A DNA stretch of 64,000 nucleotides, from positions 6,956 through 70,955 of the forward strand of contig DAOUBG010000007.1 of assembly GCA_034432895.1 (NCBI GenBank), in the 5' to 3' direction. Origin of the DNA: Anaerolineales bacterium. GTDB lineage: Bacteria; Chloroflexota; Anaerolineae; Anaerolineales; Villigracilaceae. Position 1 is the first letter of the stretch. The number at the start of each line of letters is the position of its first letter. Positions 9,659 to 19,105 of the stretch are shown in pieces. Position numbers and translations under genes: made by a program. Under the pieces are notes generated by a model. The model was given only the letters and a program-made list of their open reading frames with translations. It did not search any database and was not told the origin of the DNA.

Positions 9659-10495
9659 GTGACCATGGTTGAATGGGTGAAAGTGAAAGACTATCAGGAT
9701 ATTACCTACCATAAGGCGGAAGGGATGGCGCGCATTGCCTTCAATCGCCCGGAAGTGCGCAATGCCTTCCGCCCGTTGACCATCCAGGAGATGATCGAGG
9801 CGTTTGAGAATGCTTGGGAGGATCCGCGCATCGGCGTGATCCTGCTGACGGGCAACGGCCCGGCGAGCGATGGCAAATATGCCTTTTGCTCCGGCGGCGA
9901 TCAGCGCGTGCGCGGGAGCGCCGGCTATGTCGGTGAGGATGGCATTCCCCGCCTGAACGTGCTCAAGTTGCAGCGCATCATCCGCACCATTCCCAAGCCG
10001 GTGATCGCGCTGGTGGCCGGCTATGCCATCGGCGGTGGGCATGTGCTCCACGTGATGTGCGATCTGACCATTGCTGCCGATAACGCCATCTTCGGCCAGA
10101 CCGGCCCCAAGGTGGGCAGTTTCGATGGTGGTTTTGGCGCTTCCTATTTGGGGCGCATTGTCGGGCAGAAGAAAGCGCGCGAAATCTGGTATCTCTGCCG
10201 GCAATATACGGCACAAGAGGCGCTGGAGATGGGATTGGTCAACAAAGTGGTGCCGGTGGAAGAGCTGGAAGCGGAAGGCATTCGCTGGGCCCAGGAAATC
10301 CTGGAGAAAAGCCCGCTGGCAATTCGCGCCTTGAAATCGGCCTTCAATGCCGAGCTGGATGGTCAGGCCGGCATTCAGGAGTTGGCCGGCAACGCCACGC
10401 TGCTCTTCTACATGACCGAAGAAGGCCAGGAGGGGCGCAACGCCTACCTGGAAAAGCGCAAACCGAACTTCCGCAAGTACCCTTGGTTGCCGTGA
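9659..10495 (+). CDS. menB: 1,4-dihydroxy-2-naphthoyl-CoA synthase
   Basis: This is a crotonase-fold protein: [23 protein letters not shown]...[11 protein letters not shown]...[15 protein letters not shown]...[18 protein letters not shown]. Confidence 0.95.
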   Translation: MTMVEWVKVKDYQDITYHKAEGMARIAFNRPEVRNAFRPLTIQEMIEAFENAWEDPRIGVILLTGNGPASDGKYAFCSGGDQRVRGSAGYVGEDGIPRLNVLKLQRIIRTIPKPVIALVAGYAIGGGHVLHVMCDLTIAADNAIFGQTGPKVGSFDGGFGASYLGRIVGQKKAREIWYLCRQYTAQEALEMGLVNKVVPVEELEAEGIRWAQEILEKSPLAIRALKSAFNAELDGQAGIQELAGNATLLFYMTEEGQEGRNAYLEKRKPNFRKYPWLP

Positions 10496-11937
10496 ACTTC
10501 GATCCCTTCTTCCGTCCACGCCTGGAAACTTCCCCGAACCTGCCGGCGCTGGTGATGCGCACGCCGCAAGGTCGCCTTTTGCTGACCTGGGCGGAGCTGG
10601 AGGTCCGCGCTCAGGGGATGGCCGGTTGGCTCTGGGAACAGGGCATGCGGCCGGGGGAGCGGTTGGGTCTCTATCTGGAGAATTCCCTTGCGCTGATCGA
10701 GGTGGTGCTGGCGGCGGTGCGGTTGGGGCTACACCTGGTGATCTTCCATCGGCGCCTGAGCCCGGCCGAGCTGGAATGGCAGGTGGAGCAGATCGCGCCG
10801 TCGCTAGTGCTGCGCGATGATCTCGGCGGGAGCGGTCATTTGGCCGGTCGGCGCTGGGTGGGCTGGGAGGCTTCCGAGCGACCGGTGGTTCCTCCGGCCC
10901 GCTCACCGGTGAGCATTGCGGCGCGCTTCACGTTCTTCACCTCCGGCACCAGCGGATATCCGAAAGCCGTCACCCTGAGCCTGGAAAACTTGCAGGCGGC
11001 GGCCCAGGCCTCTTCCCAAAGGTTGGGCACCCAGATGGGCGAGCGCTGGTTGCTTTGCCTGCCACTCTATCATATCGGTGGCCTTTCCATCCTTTTCCGC
11101 GCCGCCTGGGATGGGATGACGGTCATCTTCCAGCCGCGCTTCGAGGCTGAGGAGACGGCGCGCCTGGTCAAGGAGGAAGGAGCCAATCTGATCTCTTTGG
11201 TGCCGACCATGCTTTATCGGCTACTGCCCTTTTGGGAGGCCGAGCCGCCCCCTCAGGCCCTACGCTTGGTTTTGCTCGGCGGGGCGGCGGCGGACCCGGA
11301 ACTCCTGCAGCGCGCCCTGAGCGTTGGCCTCCCCGTCGCTTTGACTTATGGCCTGACCGAAGCCGCTTCTCAGGTTTGCACGGCGCTGCCGCAAGAGGTG
11401 CTTCGCAAACCGGGCACGGTCGGCAGGCCTTTGCCAGGGGTGGAAGTGCAGGTGCGAGACGAGGCGGGCGCTCTCTGCCCGCCGGGGCAGGTTGGCGAGA
11501 TCTGCGTGCGCGGGCCGGCCGTGGCGCGTGGTTATGAAGGTCAACCGCCGTTTGCCGGGGGAGTGCTGCGCACCGGCGATCTGGGCTATTGGGATGAGGA
11601 AGGCGATCTCTGGGTGCTGGCACGCCGCAGCGATCTCATCCTGAGCGGTGGGGAAAATATCTATCCGGCAGAAGTGGAGCGTGTGCTTCAAAGGCATCCA
11701 GCCGTCCGGGAAGTGTGCGTCTTCGGTCTGCCACACGCGGAATGGGGCGAGCAGGTGGCCGCAGCAGTTGTGAAGGCGGCGGACGTGACGGCAGAAGAAT
11801 TGATCGCCTTCGCACGCCGATCGCTGGCCGGGTATAAAGTGCCGCGCAGGCTCTTCTTCTTACCGGAATTGCCACGAACGGCCTCGGGTAAGGTGATGCG
11901 TTCGCGCCTGGCCGAGCTCGTTCGCCTGGAGGCGTGA
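10483..11937 (+). CDS. menE: o-succinylbenzoate-CoA ligase
   Basis: It is an adenylate-forming enzyme ([38 protein letters not shown]) in a men context. The true start may be GTG 10492, which overlaps the menB stop (GTGA). Confidence 0.85.
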   Translation: MVAVNFDPFFRPRLETSPNLPALVMRTPQGRLLLTWAELEVRAQGMAGWLWEQGMRPGERLGLYLENSLALIEVVLAAVRLGLHLVIFHRRLSPAELEWQVEQIAPSLVLRDDLGGSGHLAGRRWVGWEASERPVVPPARSPVSIAARFTFFTSGTSGYPKAVTLSLENLQAAAQASSQRLGTQMGERWLLCLPLYHIGGLSILFRAAWDGMTVIFQPRFEAEETARLVKEEGANLISLVPTMLYRLLPFWEAEPPPQALRLVLLGGAAADPELLQRALSVGLPVALTYGLTEAASQVCTALPQEVLRKPGTVGRPLPGVEVQVRDEAGALCPPGQVGEICVRGPAVARGYEGQPPFAGGVLRTGDLGYWDEEGDLWVLARRSDLILSGGENIYPAEVERVLQRHPAVREVCVFGLPHAEWGEQVAAAVVKAADVTAEELIAFARRSLAGYKVPRRLFFLPELPRTASGKVMRSRLAELVRLEA

Positions 11938-11941
11938 TCGA

Positions 11942-12721
11942 ATGCTTGTGTTGCGTTCGGACCTGGTTTTCGATCCTTCGACGTTGGTGCTGATGGCCGG
12001 GCCGTGCTCGGTCGAATCGTATGAGCAGACGCGGCAAGTGGCGCAGAGGATGGCGCAACTTGGGCTGCATGTTTTGCGCGGAGGAGCGTTCAAGCCACGC
12101 ACCTCGCCGCATACGTTTCAAGGGCTGGGTTTGGAGGGGCTGAAAATTCTCCGCACCGTGGCCGATGAATTCGGCTTGCTGGTGGTGACCGAGGCACTGG
12201 GCGTGGAGCATGTGCCACTGGTGGCCGAATATGCCGATATTTTGCAGATTGGCAGTCGCAATATGCAACACTTTCCGCTTCTTTGGGCGGCGGCGGAGAC
12301 GGGCAAGCCGATCCTGCTCAAGCGCGGCTTTATGTCCACGATTGACGAGTGGCTGGCGGCCGCCGAACATATCCGCGTACGCGGCAATGAGCAGATCCTC
12401 CTTTGCGAGCGCGGCATCCGCAGCTTCGATCCCTCCACGCGCCATGTGCTGGATGTAGTGGCGATCCCGTTGTTGCGCTCCCGCGGCGTCTCCTACCCGC
12501 TGATCGCCGATCCGAGCCACGCCACTGGGCACGCCGACCTGGTGCTGCCGGCTTCTCTAGCGGCGGTCGCGGCCGGGGCCGATGGTCTGCTCGTAGAAGT
12601 GCATCCGAATCCGCAAGCGGCGCTCTCTGATGGGGCGCAATCGCTGGCGCTGGCCGATTTCCCGGCCTATGTGGAATCCATACGCCGGCTAGCGCAGGCA
12701 CTGGGACGCAGGGTGATATAA
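11942..12721 (+). CDS. aroF: 3-deoxy-7-phosphoheptulonate (DAHP) synthase, short type I-beta
   Basis: The protein reads [13 protein letters not shown]...[19 protein letters not shown]...[10 protein letters not shown]...LKRG...DPSHATG...[10 protein letters not shown]. Confidence 0.9.
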   Translation: MLVLRSDLVFDPSTLVLMAGPCSVESYEQTRQVAQRMAQLGLHVLRGGAFKPRTSPHTFQGLGLEGLKILRTVADEFGLLVVTEALGVEHVPLVAEYADILQIGSRNMQHFPLLWAAAETGKPILLKRGFMSTIDEWLAAAEHIRVRGNEQILLCERGIRSFDPSTRHVLDVVAIPLLRSRGVSYPLIADPSHATGHADLVLPASLAAVAAGADGLLVEVHPNPQAALSDGAQSLALADFPAYVESIRRLAQALGRRVI

Positions 12722-12778
12722 TGGCGGTGGACGGTAAGGAGGACCGTGGGAGGATGATGGACCGTGGTAACTGTGGCA
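12722..12778 (-). repeat. C/T-rich word repeat, locus D
   Basis: The minus strand reads ccacagttaccacggtccatcatcctcccacggtcctccttaccgtccaccgccat, in the aroF-aroA spacer. Confidence 0.5.
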
Positions 12779-12827
12779 TAGTCACAAGGCTTTAGGGGTA
12801 TGGCCTGGGAGTAGATGGTGAGAGAAA

Positions 12828-14114
12828 ATGACGATCCAAATCCAACCTTCTTCTTTTCTATATGGTGAGACACAGGTTCCCGGCGATAAGTCCATTTCCC
12901 ATCGCGCGGTGATGTTTAGCGCGCTGGCGCCGGGGATACACCGGGTACGCGGCTGGTTGGAGGCCGGCGATACGTTGGCGACGCTGGAGGCCATGCAGGC
13001 TTTGGGGTTGCGCGTCACGCGCCAGGCCGATGAAATGCGCATTGAATCACAGGGACTGCAGTCGCCGAGTTCCGGCGTGCTGAATTGCCGCAATTCGGGG
13101 ACGACGATCCGTCTCTTGAGCGGCTTGCTGGCCGGGGCCGGTTTTGAGGTCACGCTGGATGGTTCGGAGCAGTTACGGCGGCGACCGATGCGCCGGGTCA
13201 CAGAGCCGTTGCGTCGCATGGGAGCGCGCCTGGAAGATAGCGACGGACGGGCGCCGTTGTTCCTTCGTCCGGCGAAGCTGATCGGGGCAGAACATCATCT
13301 GGCGATCGCCAGTGCGCAGGTGAAAAGCGCGTTGCTCTTGGCCGGCTGTTTTGCCGAAGGGGAGACGAGGGTCTACGAGCCGGCGCGCTCGCGCGATCAC
13401 ACCGAGCGCCTGTTGCAGAGCATGGGAGTTCCGCTCCGCGTCGCTGCGGATGGGCTTTCCTGTTCCGTGCAAAGGCCTTCTGCGCCGCTTCACCCTCTCG
13501 ATATCACTGTCCCTGGCGATTTTTCTTCTGCCGCTTTCCTGCTCGTCGCAGCGACTTTGACACCGCGTGCGGAGATCGTCATTCGGAACGTGAATCTAAA
13601 CCCAACCCGCATCGGCCTGCTGCATATTCTGCGGCGCATGGGCGCAGCGATCGAAGTGGAAGAGAGAGCTTTGGACGGTGAGCCCGTGGGGAACTTATAC
13701 GTGCGTTCGGCCGATCTCCAGGCGACGCAGGTCGGCGGCAGCGAAATTCCTTTGACCATTGACGAACTGCCGATCCTGGCGCTGGCGGCGACCCAAGCTC
13801 ACGGGGAGACGGTGATCCGTGATGCGGCCGAATTACGGGTCAAGGAAACCGATCGCATTGCCCAAGTTTGTCAGATTCTGCGTGCCTTCGGCGCCGAGGT
13901 CGAGGAATTGCCGGATGGCATGGTGATCCGCGGGCCGCGCTCGCTTTCTGGAGCGCATCTTTCCAGCCGTGGCGATCATCGCCTGGGAATGCTGATCGCC
14001 GTGGCCGGCCTGATCGCCAAAGGTGAGACGCGGCTGGAAGAGGAAGAATGCATCGCCGATTCGTTCCCCGGCTTTTTCCCTATCCTGGCCGCTTTAGGAG
14101 CAAAGGTTGGATGA
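12828..14114 (+). CDS. aroA: 3-phosphoshikimate 1-carboxyvinyltransferase (EPSP synthase)
   Basis: Motifs: VPGDKSISHRAVMFSALA, NSGTTIRLL, LRVKETDRI and GDHRLGM. Confidence 0.95.
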   Translation: MTIQIQPSSFLYGETQVPGDKSISHRAVMFSALAPGIHRVRGWLEAGDTLATLEAMQALGLRVTRQADEMRIESQGLQSPSSGVLNCRNSGTTIRLLSGLLAGAGFEVTLDGSEQLRRRPMRRVTEPLRRMGARLEDSDGRAPLFLRPAKLIGAEHHLAIASAQVKSALLLAGCFAEGETRVYEPARSRDHTERLLQSMGVPLRVAADGLSCSVQRPSAPLHPLDITVPGDFSSAAFLLVAATLTPRAEIVIRNVNLNPTRIGLLHILRRMGAAIEVEERALDGEPVGNLYVRSADLQATQVGGSEIPLTIDELPILALAATQAHGETVIRDAAELRVKETDRIAQVCQILRAFGAEVEELPDGMVIRGPRSLSGAHLSSRGDHRLGMLIAVAGLIAKGETRLEEEECIADSFPGFFPILAALGAKVG

Positions 14115-14911
14115 GCGAACGGGTGGGCCTGATCGGATGGCCGTTAGGGCATAGTCTTTCGCCATTTCTCCACAATCGTGCTTTTGTCGCCTGCGGCCTG
14201 GATTGGCATTATGAGCTGCTGCCGGTCCAGGCGGAGGCGCTGGAAGCGCGCCTGGGCGGGTGGCTAGCCGAAGGTTACCGTGGCTTTAATGTCACCATCC
14301 CGCACAAGCGACGTGTGCTTGAGTTGCCGTTTGTTTCCGAACGCTCGCCGGAAGTAGAGCGTTTGCAAGCAGCGAATACGCTGGTGCGCCTGGAGGATGG
14401 TTCATTGCGTGCCGAAAACACCGATTGGTTGGGCTTTCTGCAGGATTTGCAAGCACACGGGATTGATGGGCATAGGGGGAGCTGTCTCATCCTAGGAACA
14501 GGCGGCTCGGCACAAGCAGTCGCTTTTGCGCTGGAGCGCTTGGGCGCCACGGCGATCGCGTTCGTCAGCCGAGCGCCCTCTCATCCTGCCCATCTTTCCT
14601 GGGAAACCTTGCGGCAACACCGAGATTGGCTGGAGCACGTCTCTCTGGTGGTGAATTGCACGCCGATCGGGATGTATCCGCAGATCGCCGCTTCTCCCTG
14701 GCCGCCGGATTTGCCCTTGCCGCCTCATGCGGTGGTTTACGATTTGGTCTACAACCCGCGCCGCACCCGTCTGATCGAACAGGCCGAGCAGGCCGGCCTG
14801 CGCGCCCTAGGTGGGATTGGCATGCTTTTGCGTCAGGCGGCTTTGAGCTTCACACTCTGGACCGGCCGAACGTTCGATTTCCTTTCGTTGCTGGCGGAGT
14901 TGCCTTTGTAG
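14111..14911 (+). CDS. aroE: shikimate dehydrogenase
   Basis: The protein reads MSERVGLIGWPLGHSLSPFLHNRAF...GFNVTIPHK...NTDWLGF...GTGGSAQA. ATG 14111 overlaps the aroA stop (ATGA). Confidence 0.9.
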   Translation: MSERVGLIGWPLGHSLSPFLHNRAFVACGLDWHYELLPVQAEALEARLGGWLAEGYRGFNVTIPHKRRVLELPFVSERSPEVERLQAANTLVRLEDGSLRAENTDWLGFLQDLQAHGIDGHRGSCLILGTGGSAQAVAFALERLGATAIAFVSRAPSHPAHLSWETLRQHRDWLEHVSLVVNCTPIGMYPQIAASPWPPDLPLPPHAVVYDLVYNPRRTRLIEQAEQAGLRALGGIGMLLRQAALSFTLWTGRTFDFLSLLAELPL

Positions 14912-14965
14912 AACAAGCATCGGCTTTGTTCTACGGGTGTTTGTTCAGGAGGAGCATCGTTCCGT

Positions 14966-16147
14966 ATGCCGTTACGTTTTCTGACTGCCGGTGAATCGCA
15001 TGGGCCGGCGTTGGTTGCCATCCTGGAGGGAATGGTGGCCGGTCTGCCTTTGAATATCGAGGAACTGGATCGGGAATTGGAGCGCCGTCAACGTGGGTTT
15101 GGGCGCGGCGGGCGCATGTCCATGGAGAAGGATCAGGTGGAGGTTCTGGCCGGGGTGATGGCCGGTCGGACCACCGGAGCGCCGATTGCCATGCTCATCC
15201 GCAATCGGGATGCCGAAAACTGGCGCGGGAATCCGATCGCTCCTTTCGTTGTGCCGCGGCCGGGCCATGCCGATCTGAGCGGGGCGCTCAAATATCGTCA
15301 CCGTGACCTGCGTCTGAGCCTGGAACGCGCCAGTGCCCGCGAAACAGCGGCGCGGGTGGCGATCGGAGCCGTTTGTAAGCAGTTTTTAGCGCAGTTCGGC
15401 ATCTTCGTCGGTGGGTATGTCTGCCAGATCGGGCGCGTGCGCACCGATTTGCCGCTCTCGCCGGACCCACAGGTCTACCTTGCACGCTTTGAACAGGCGG
15501 AAACAAACGATGTGCGCTGTCCCGAATTGCAAGCCGCCCAGGAGATGCGTGCCCATATTCAGGAAGCGATCCGCGCCCGCGATACGTTGGGCGGTGTCAT
15601 CGAAGTCTTTGCCGTTGGCCTGCCGCCGGGGCTGGGGAGCTACGCGCATGCCGATCGGCGTTTGGATGGGCGCTTGTTGGGCGCGCTGGCTTCGATCCCG
15701 GCGGTCAAAGGAGCCGAGATCGGGGATGCGTTTGCTCAGGCGGGCGAATTCGGCACGCGCGTCCACGATGCTATCCTGCGCGACGAGCAGGGAAACCTAT
15801 ACCGTCCGACGAACCGCGCCGGTGGCCTGGAAGGTGGCGTGACGAACGGCCTGCCGCTGGTGGTGCGCGCCGCGATGAAGCCGATCGCCACCACGCTGAC
15901 CCCGCAGCGGAGCGTCAACCTGGTGAGCGGAAAAGCCACGGAGACGGTCTACGAGCGTTCGGATATTTGCCCACTGCCGCGTGCCGTGGTGGTGGCAGAA
16001 GCGGTGGTCGCCTTCGTCCTGGCCGATACGTTGTTGGAGAAGCTCGGCGGCGATAGCCTGGAGGAAATTCGCCCGCGCTTTGAGTCTTTGCCACGCCCGC
16101 GCTTAGGCGATCTGCCGATGGATGGCGAAGCGCATGTCTTTTGGTAG
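14966..16147 (+). CDS. aroC: chorismate synthase
   Basis: The protein reads MPLRFLTAGESHGPALVAILEGMVAG...RPGHADL...GGLEGGVTNG. An AGGAGG lies 13 nt upstream. Confidence 0.95.
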   Translation: MPLRFLTAGESHGPALVAILEGMVAGLPLNIEELDRELERRQRGFGRGGRMSMEKDQVEVLAGVMAGRTTGAPIAMLIRNRDAENWRGNPIAPFVVPRPGHADLSGALKYRHRDLRLSLERASARETAARVAIGAVCKQFLAQFGIFVGGYVCQIGRVRTDLPLSPDPQVYLARFEQAETNDVRCPELQAAQEMRAHIQEAIRARDTLGGVIEVFAVGLPPGLGSYAHADRRLDGRLLGALASIPAVKGAEIGDAFAQAGEFGTRVHDAILRDEQGNLYRPTNRAGGLEGGVTNGLPLVVRAAMKPIATTLTPQRSVNLVSGKATETVYERSDICPLPRAVVVAEAVVAFVLADTLLEKLGGDSLEEIRPRFESLPRPRLGDLPMDGEAHVFW

Positions 16148-16149
16148 GA

Positions 16150-16158
16150 TGGTATAAT
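16150..16158 (+). promoter_or_regulatory. possible extended -10 box for the following operon
   Basis: TGgTATAAT lies immediately after the aroC stop and has the same form as the tetR promoter. I saw no clear -35 element. Confidence 0.35.
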
Positions 16159-16211
16159 TGCCATAATGTGTACAAATTTCACAAACAAAGGCATATCTGG
16201 GAGATTCTCCT

Positions 16212-17453
16212 ATGATCCAACTATGCTATAGCACCTTTGGAATGACCAAGCTGGATTTCATCGAGGCCATCGAGGCCGTCGATCGTGCCGGTTACGCCGG
16301 GGTGGAACTGGCCTTCCACCGCGATCAGTTCAACGTTTTCAACGTGACCGATGAGTACCTGGAGGCGATCCGCAAACGCTTTGAGACCTTGCGGGTGCGT
16401 CCGGCCTGTGTGGCGACTGCCTCCCATTTCTTCACGCCTTCGCGGCCTCACGAGCCTTCGCTGATGAGCCCGGATCTGGCCGGTCGCAAGCGCCGCATTG
16501 ACCTGATCCGCCGCGGCATTCACGTGGCTCGGAAGCTGGGGGTGCCGTTTGTCTCCTTCGGTAGCGGCTTCATTCGAGAAGAGCACCTTCTGCACCCGGA
16601 AGTCAATCCGCATGAGTTGCTGGTGGATAGCATTCATCAATGCCTGCGTGCGCTACGGGATGACGATGATATTACGCTTTTGATCGAACCGGAACCGGGT
16701 ATGTACATCGAAACGGTGGAACAGGCCATTCGCCTGGTGGAGGATGTCAACTCGCCGCGCTTCCGTTTGCATATTGACCTGTGTCACATGTATTGCTCGG
16801 AAAAGGATTTTATTGTCCAGCTGGGGCGCGTGGCACCGTATACCCGCTACCTGCACGTTTCCGATGCACGGCAGGGCTATAACCTGAAGATTTTGGCCTG
16901 GTCGCCCGATCTGGATTTAGACATGGATTTTGCCTCGTATCTGATCTATTTCCCGGATACGGCGGAATATCTGCTGGCGGATCGACAACACCCGATCTAC
17001 TTCTATGACGAATTCAAGCCCGGAGCGGCGCGGCGGAAGCAAATTGACGACCTTCTCGGCCGGGCCGGTGTGACGGCCTCGCTGCGCTACGTGGACTATA
17101 CCTCGCTATATGCCGGCGCTTCGCCTTTCGATGACGAAATCTTCACCTACCTGATTTCGGTGCCGCGCCTGAGCTTCGATGTGCTGGAGCGCGCCCGCCC
17201 GATCCTGCTCTATTTGCGCCGCCCGATCCACGATGGTAAACCCTTGGTCGATCGCATGGTGGCCAATACGCTGACCGGGATCGTCCACTTCCACGAAATC
17301 CCCGGTGAAGGCACGTTTGATTTTGCCGCGGCCTTTAAGGCGTTGACCGATCACGGCTATTCCGGCTATGCTTCGGTGGAGCTCTATCATCACGTGGAAT
17401 CGTGGGAGAAGGCGCTTCACGATAGTTACCGCCATCTTTCGCAGTTCGTTTGA
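16212..17453 (+). CDS. large xylose-isomerase-like TIM-barrel protein (sugar-phosphate isomerase/epimerase family; EboE-like size and layout)
   Basis: The 413-aa protein has AGYAGVELAF, LLIEPEPGMY, HIDLCHM, LHVSDAR and ASVELYHH, which are the metal-ligand blocks of the AP-endonuclease-2 / xylose-isomerase fold. A roughly 100-aa insertion separates the HVSD and HFHE blocks. Confidence 0.7.
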   Translation: MIQLCYSTFGMTKLDFIEAIEAVDRAGYAGVELAFHRDQFNVFNVTDEYLEAIRKRFETLRVRPACVATASHFFTPSRPHEPSLMSPDLAGRKRRIDLIRRGIHVARKLGVPFVSFGSGFIREEHLLHPEVNPHELLVDSIHQCLRALRDDDDITLLIEPEPGMYIETVEQAIRLVEDVNSPRFRLHIDLCHMYCSEKDFIVQLGRVAPYTRYLHVSDARQGYNLKILAWSPDLDLDMDFASYLIYFPDTAEYLLADRQHPIYFYDEFKPGAARRKQIDDLLGRAGVTASLRYVDYTSLYAGASPFDDEIFTYLISVPRLSFDVLERARPILLYLRRPIHDGKPLVDRMVANTLTGIVHFHEIPGEGTFDFAAAFKALTDHGYSGYASVELYHHVESWEKALHDSYRHLSQFV

Positions 17454-17474
17454 GATTTCCATCTGGAGGTATTT

Positions 17475-17954
17475 ATGGTTGATGTAAAAGCATTAGGCTG
17501 GGACCCTGCTACCGTCGGTGAACTCGATCACCGGTTGTTGAAAGCGCCCCACGTCAAGTTGCGCTCCTATAATGAGGGGCCGAACGGGGATGTTGTCTAT
17601 TGCATTGATTTGCGCATCAATCGCCCGAATGAAGAGTTCCTCTCATCCACAGAAATGCATTCCTTTGAGCACTTTCTGCTCTATGGTTTCCAGAAGTACA
17701 TGCCTCAGAATTTTCTTTCAGTAGGCTTGATGGGCTGTCAGACCGGCTTTTATCTCGTCCTGTATAACGAAGGCCGGGCGGAACGCATTTTCGCTACGTA
17801 TGAGCAAATTTTGAAGGACATTCTGACCGCTACTGAAGTGCCCTATGCCAATATTGCTCAATGCGGGAATTACCGCAATCACAGCCTGGAAGTGGCGCAG
17901 AATCTGGCAAGGAGGGTGCTGGCGGCGCGGGAACGCTGGGCAGAGATCGTATGA
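17475..17954 (+). CDS. luxS: S-ribosylhomocysteine lyase
   Basis: The protein aligns along its whole length with my recollection of B. subtilis LuxS. Matching blocks are ELDHRLLKAPHV, the metal ligands HSFEH and MGCQTGFY, and ANIAQCGNYRNHSL. A GGAGG RBS is present. Confidence 0.85.
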   Translation: MVDVKALGWDPATVGELDHRLLKAPHVKLRSYNEGPNGDVVYCIDLRINRPNEEFLSSTEMHSFEHFLLYGFQKYMPQNFLSVGLMGCQTGFYLVLYNEGRAERIFATYEQILKDILTATEVPYANIAQCGNYRNHSLEVAQNLARRVLAARERWAEIV

Positions 17955-19105
17955 ACACCTTGGGAATGTACAGTTACCGTCTAAGTTATCAGCACCTGAT
18001 CGAGTATGAGATCATTCACGCTCCGAATTTGTTCGCGCCGGATAACCCGGCGTTGCTTTCCTCCGGGCGCGGACGCGGCAGCCGGCGCTTTGTGGTTGTG
18101 GATGAGAACGTCTACGGCTATTACGGAGAGGCGATCTGGACTTATTTTGCGTTTCACGGCATCGAAGCCCGCATTGTGCCTCTGGCCGCCGGTGAAGAGC
18201 ATAAGACCCTGGAGAGCTATATCTTTCTGGCGCGTGAGCTGGATGCTTTCCCCATTCATCGGCGCGATGAACCGATTATCGCCATCGGTGGAGGGGTGCT
18301 CACCGATCTGGTCGGTTTTTTGGCCAGCACCTATCGCCGTGGCCTGCCCCACATCAAGGTGCCGACGACGTTGATGGGTTACGTGGATGCTTCGATTGGA
18401 ATTAAGACCGGCTTTAACTTTGATGGCAACAAAAACCGCCTGGGCTCATTCTATGCGCCTCAGAAAGTGTTGCTGGATAAAACCTTTTTCCGCACCCTTT
18501 CACGCCGTCACCTATTGAACGGTATTTGTGAGATCATCAAGCTGGCTGTGATCAAGGATGCGGAACTGTTTGAGATGCTGGAGCAATGGGGGGCGAGCAG
18601 CGTGGAACGAGCTTTCCAGGATCAAGAGAGCGATCGCATCCTGGATCGCGCCATCCGCGGCATGATCGAAGAGTTGGAGCCCAATCTCTTTGAAGAAGAA
18701 CTGGCGCGTAAGGTGGATTTCGGTCACACCTTTAGCTACGGTCTGGAAGCGCGCCATGAGGGACGGCTCTATCATGGGGAAGCCGTTCTGTTGGACATTC
18801 TCCTTTCGGTGTTGATTGCTCGTTCTCGCCGTCTGCTGAGCGAAAGTGAGAGCGAACGTGTTTTCCGCCTTACCGAAACTCTGGGCATTCACTTGGATAC
18901 CGCGGTGCTAGATGCGGAAACGCTTTGGGAATCGCTGCGCGAACGTACCTATCATCGCAATGGGTTGCAGCGTGTGCCGATGCCGGCCGGGATCGGCCGA
19001 TGCATTTTTCTGAATGATATTACCCGCTGCGAAGTGGAACGTGCGACTCAAGAACTCGAAACTCGCCTCTGGAAGATGAACCATGTCCTCGTTTATCAAC
19101 GCTGA
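17951..19105 (+). CDS. 3-dehydroquinate-synthase-family sugar-phosphate cyclase (non-canonical, EboD/EEVS-like)
   Basis: The protein has AIGGGVLTDLVGFLASTYRRGLPHIKVPTTLMGYVDASIGIKTGFNFDGNKNRLGSFYAP...CEIIKLAV...DFGHTFSYGLE...LYHGEAV. It deviates from AroB at GGKT to GIKT and GHAIE to SYGLE. ATG 17951 overlaps the luxS stop (ATGA). Confidence 0.75.
   Translation: MNTLGMYSYRLSYQHLIEYEIIHAPNLFAPDNPALLSSGRGRGSRRFVVVDENVYGYYGEAIWTYFAFHGIEARIVPLAAGEEHKTLESYIFLARELDAFPIHRRDEPIIAIGGGVLTDLVGFLASTYRRGLPHIKVPTTLMGYVDASIGIKTGFNFDGNKNRLGSFYAPQKVLLDKTFFRTLSRRHLLNGICEIIKLAVIKDAELFEMLEQWGASSVERAFQDQESDRILDRAIRGMIEELEPNLFEEELARKVDFGHTFSYGLEARHEGRLYHGEAVLLDILLSVLIARSRRLLSESESERVFRLTETLGIHLDTAVLDAETLWESLRERTYHRNGLQRVPMPAGIGRCIFLNDITRCEVERATQELETRLWKMNHVLVYQR

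Noticed and set aside
9638-10906. A 422-aa minus-strand ORF, rich in Pro/Arg/Ala, lies antisense to menB/menE.
   Set aside because: This is a typical shadow ORF of a G+C-rich coding region. Its composition is low-complexity, it has no recognisable motifs, and it overlaps two well-supported + strand genes.
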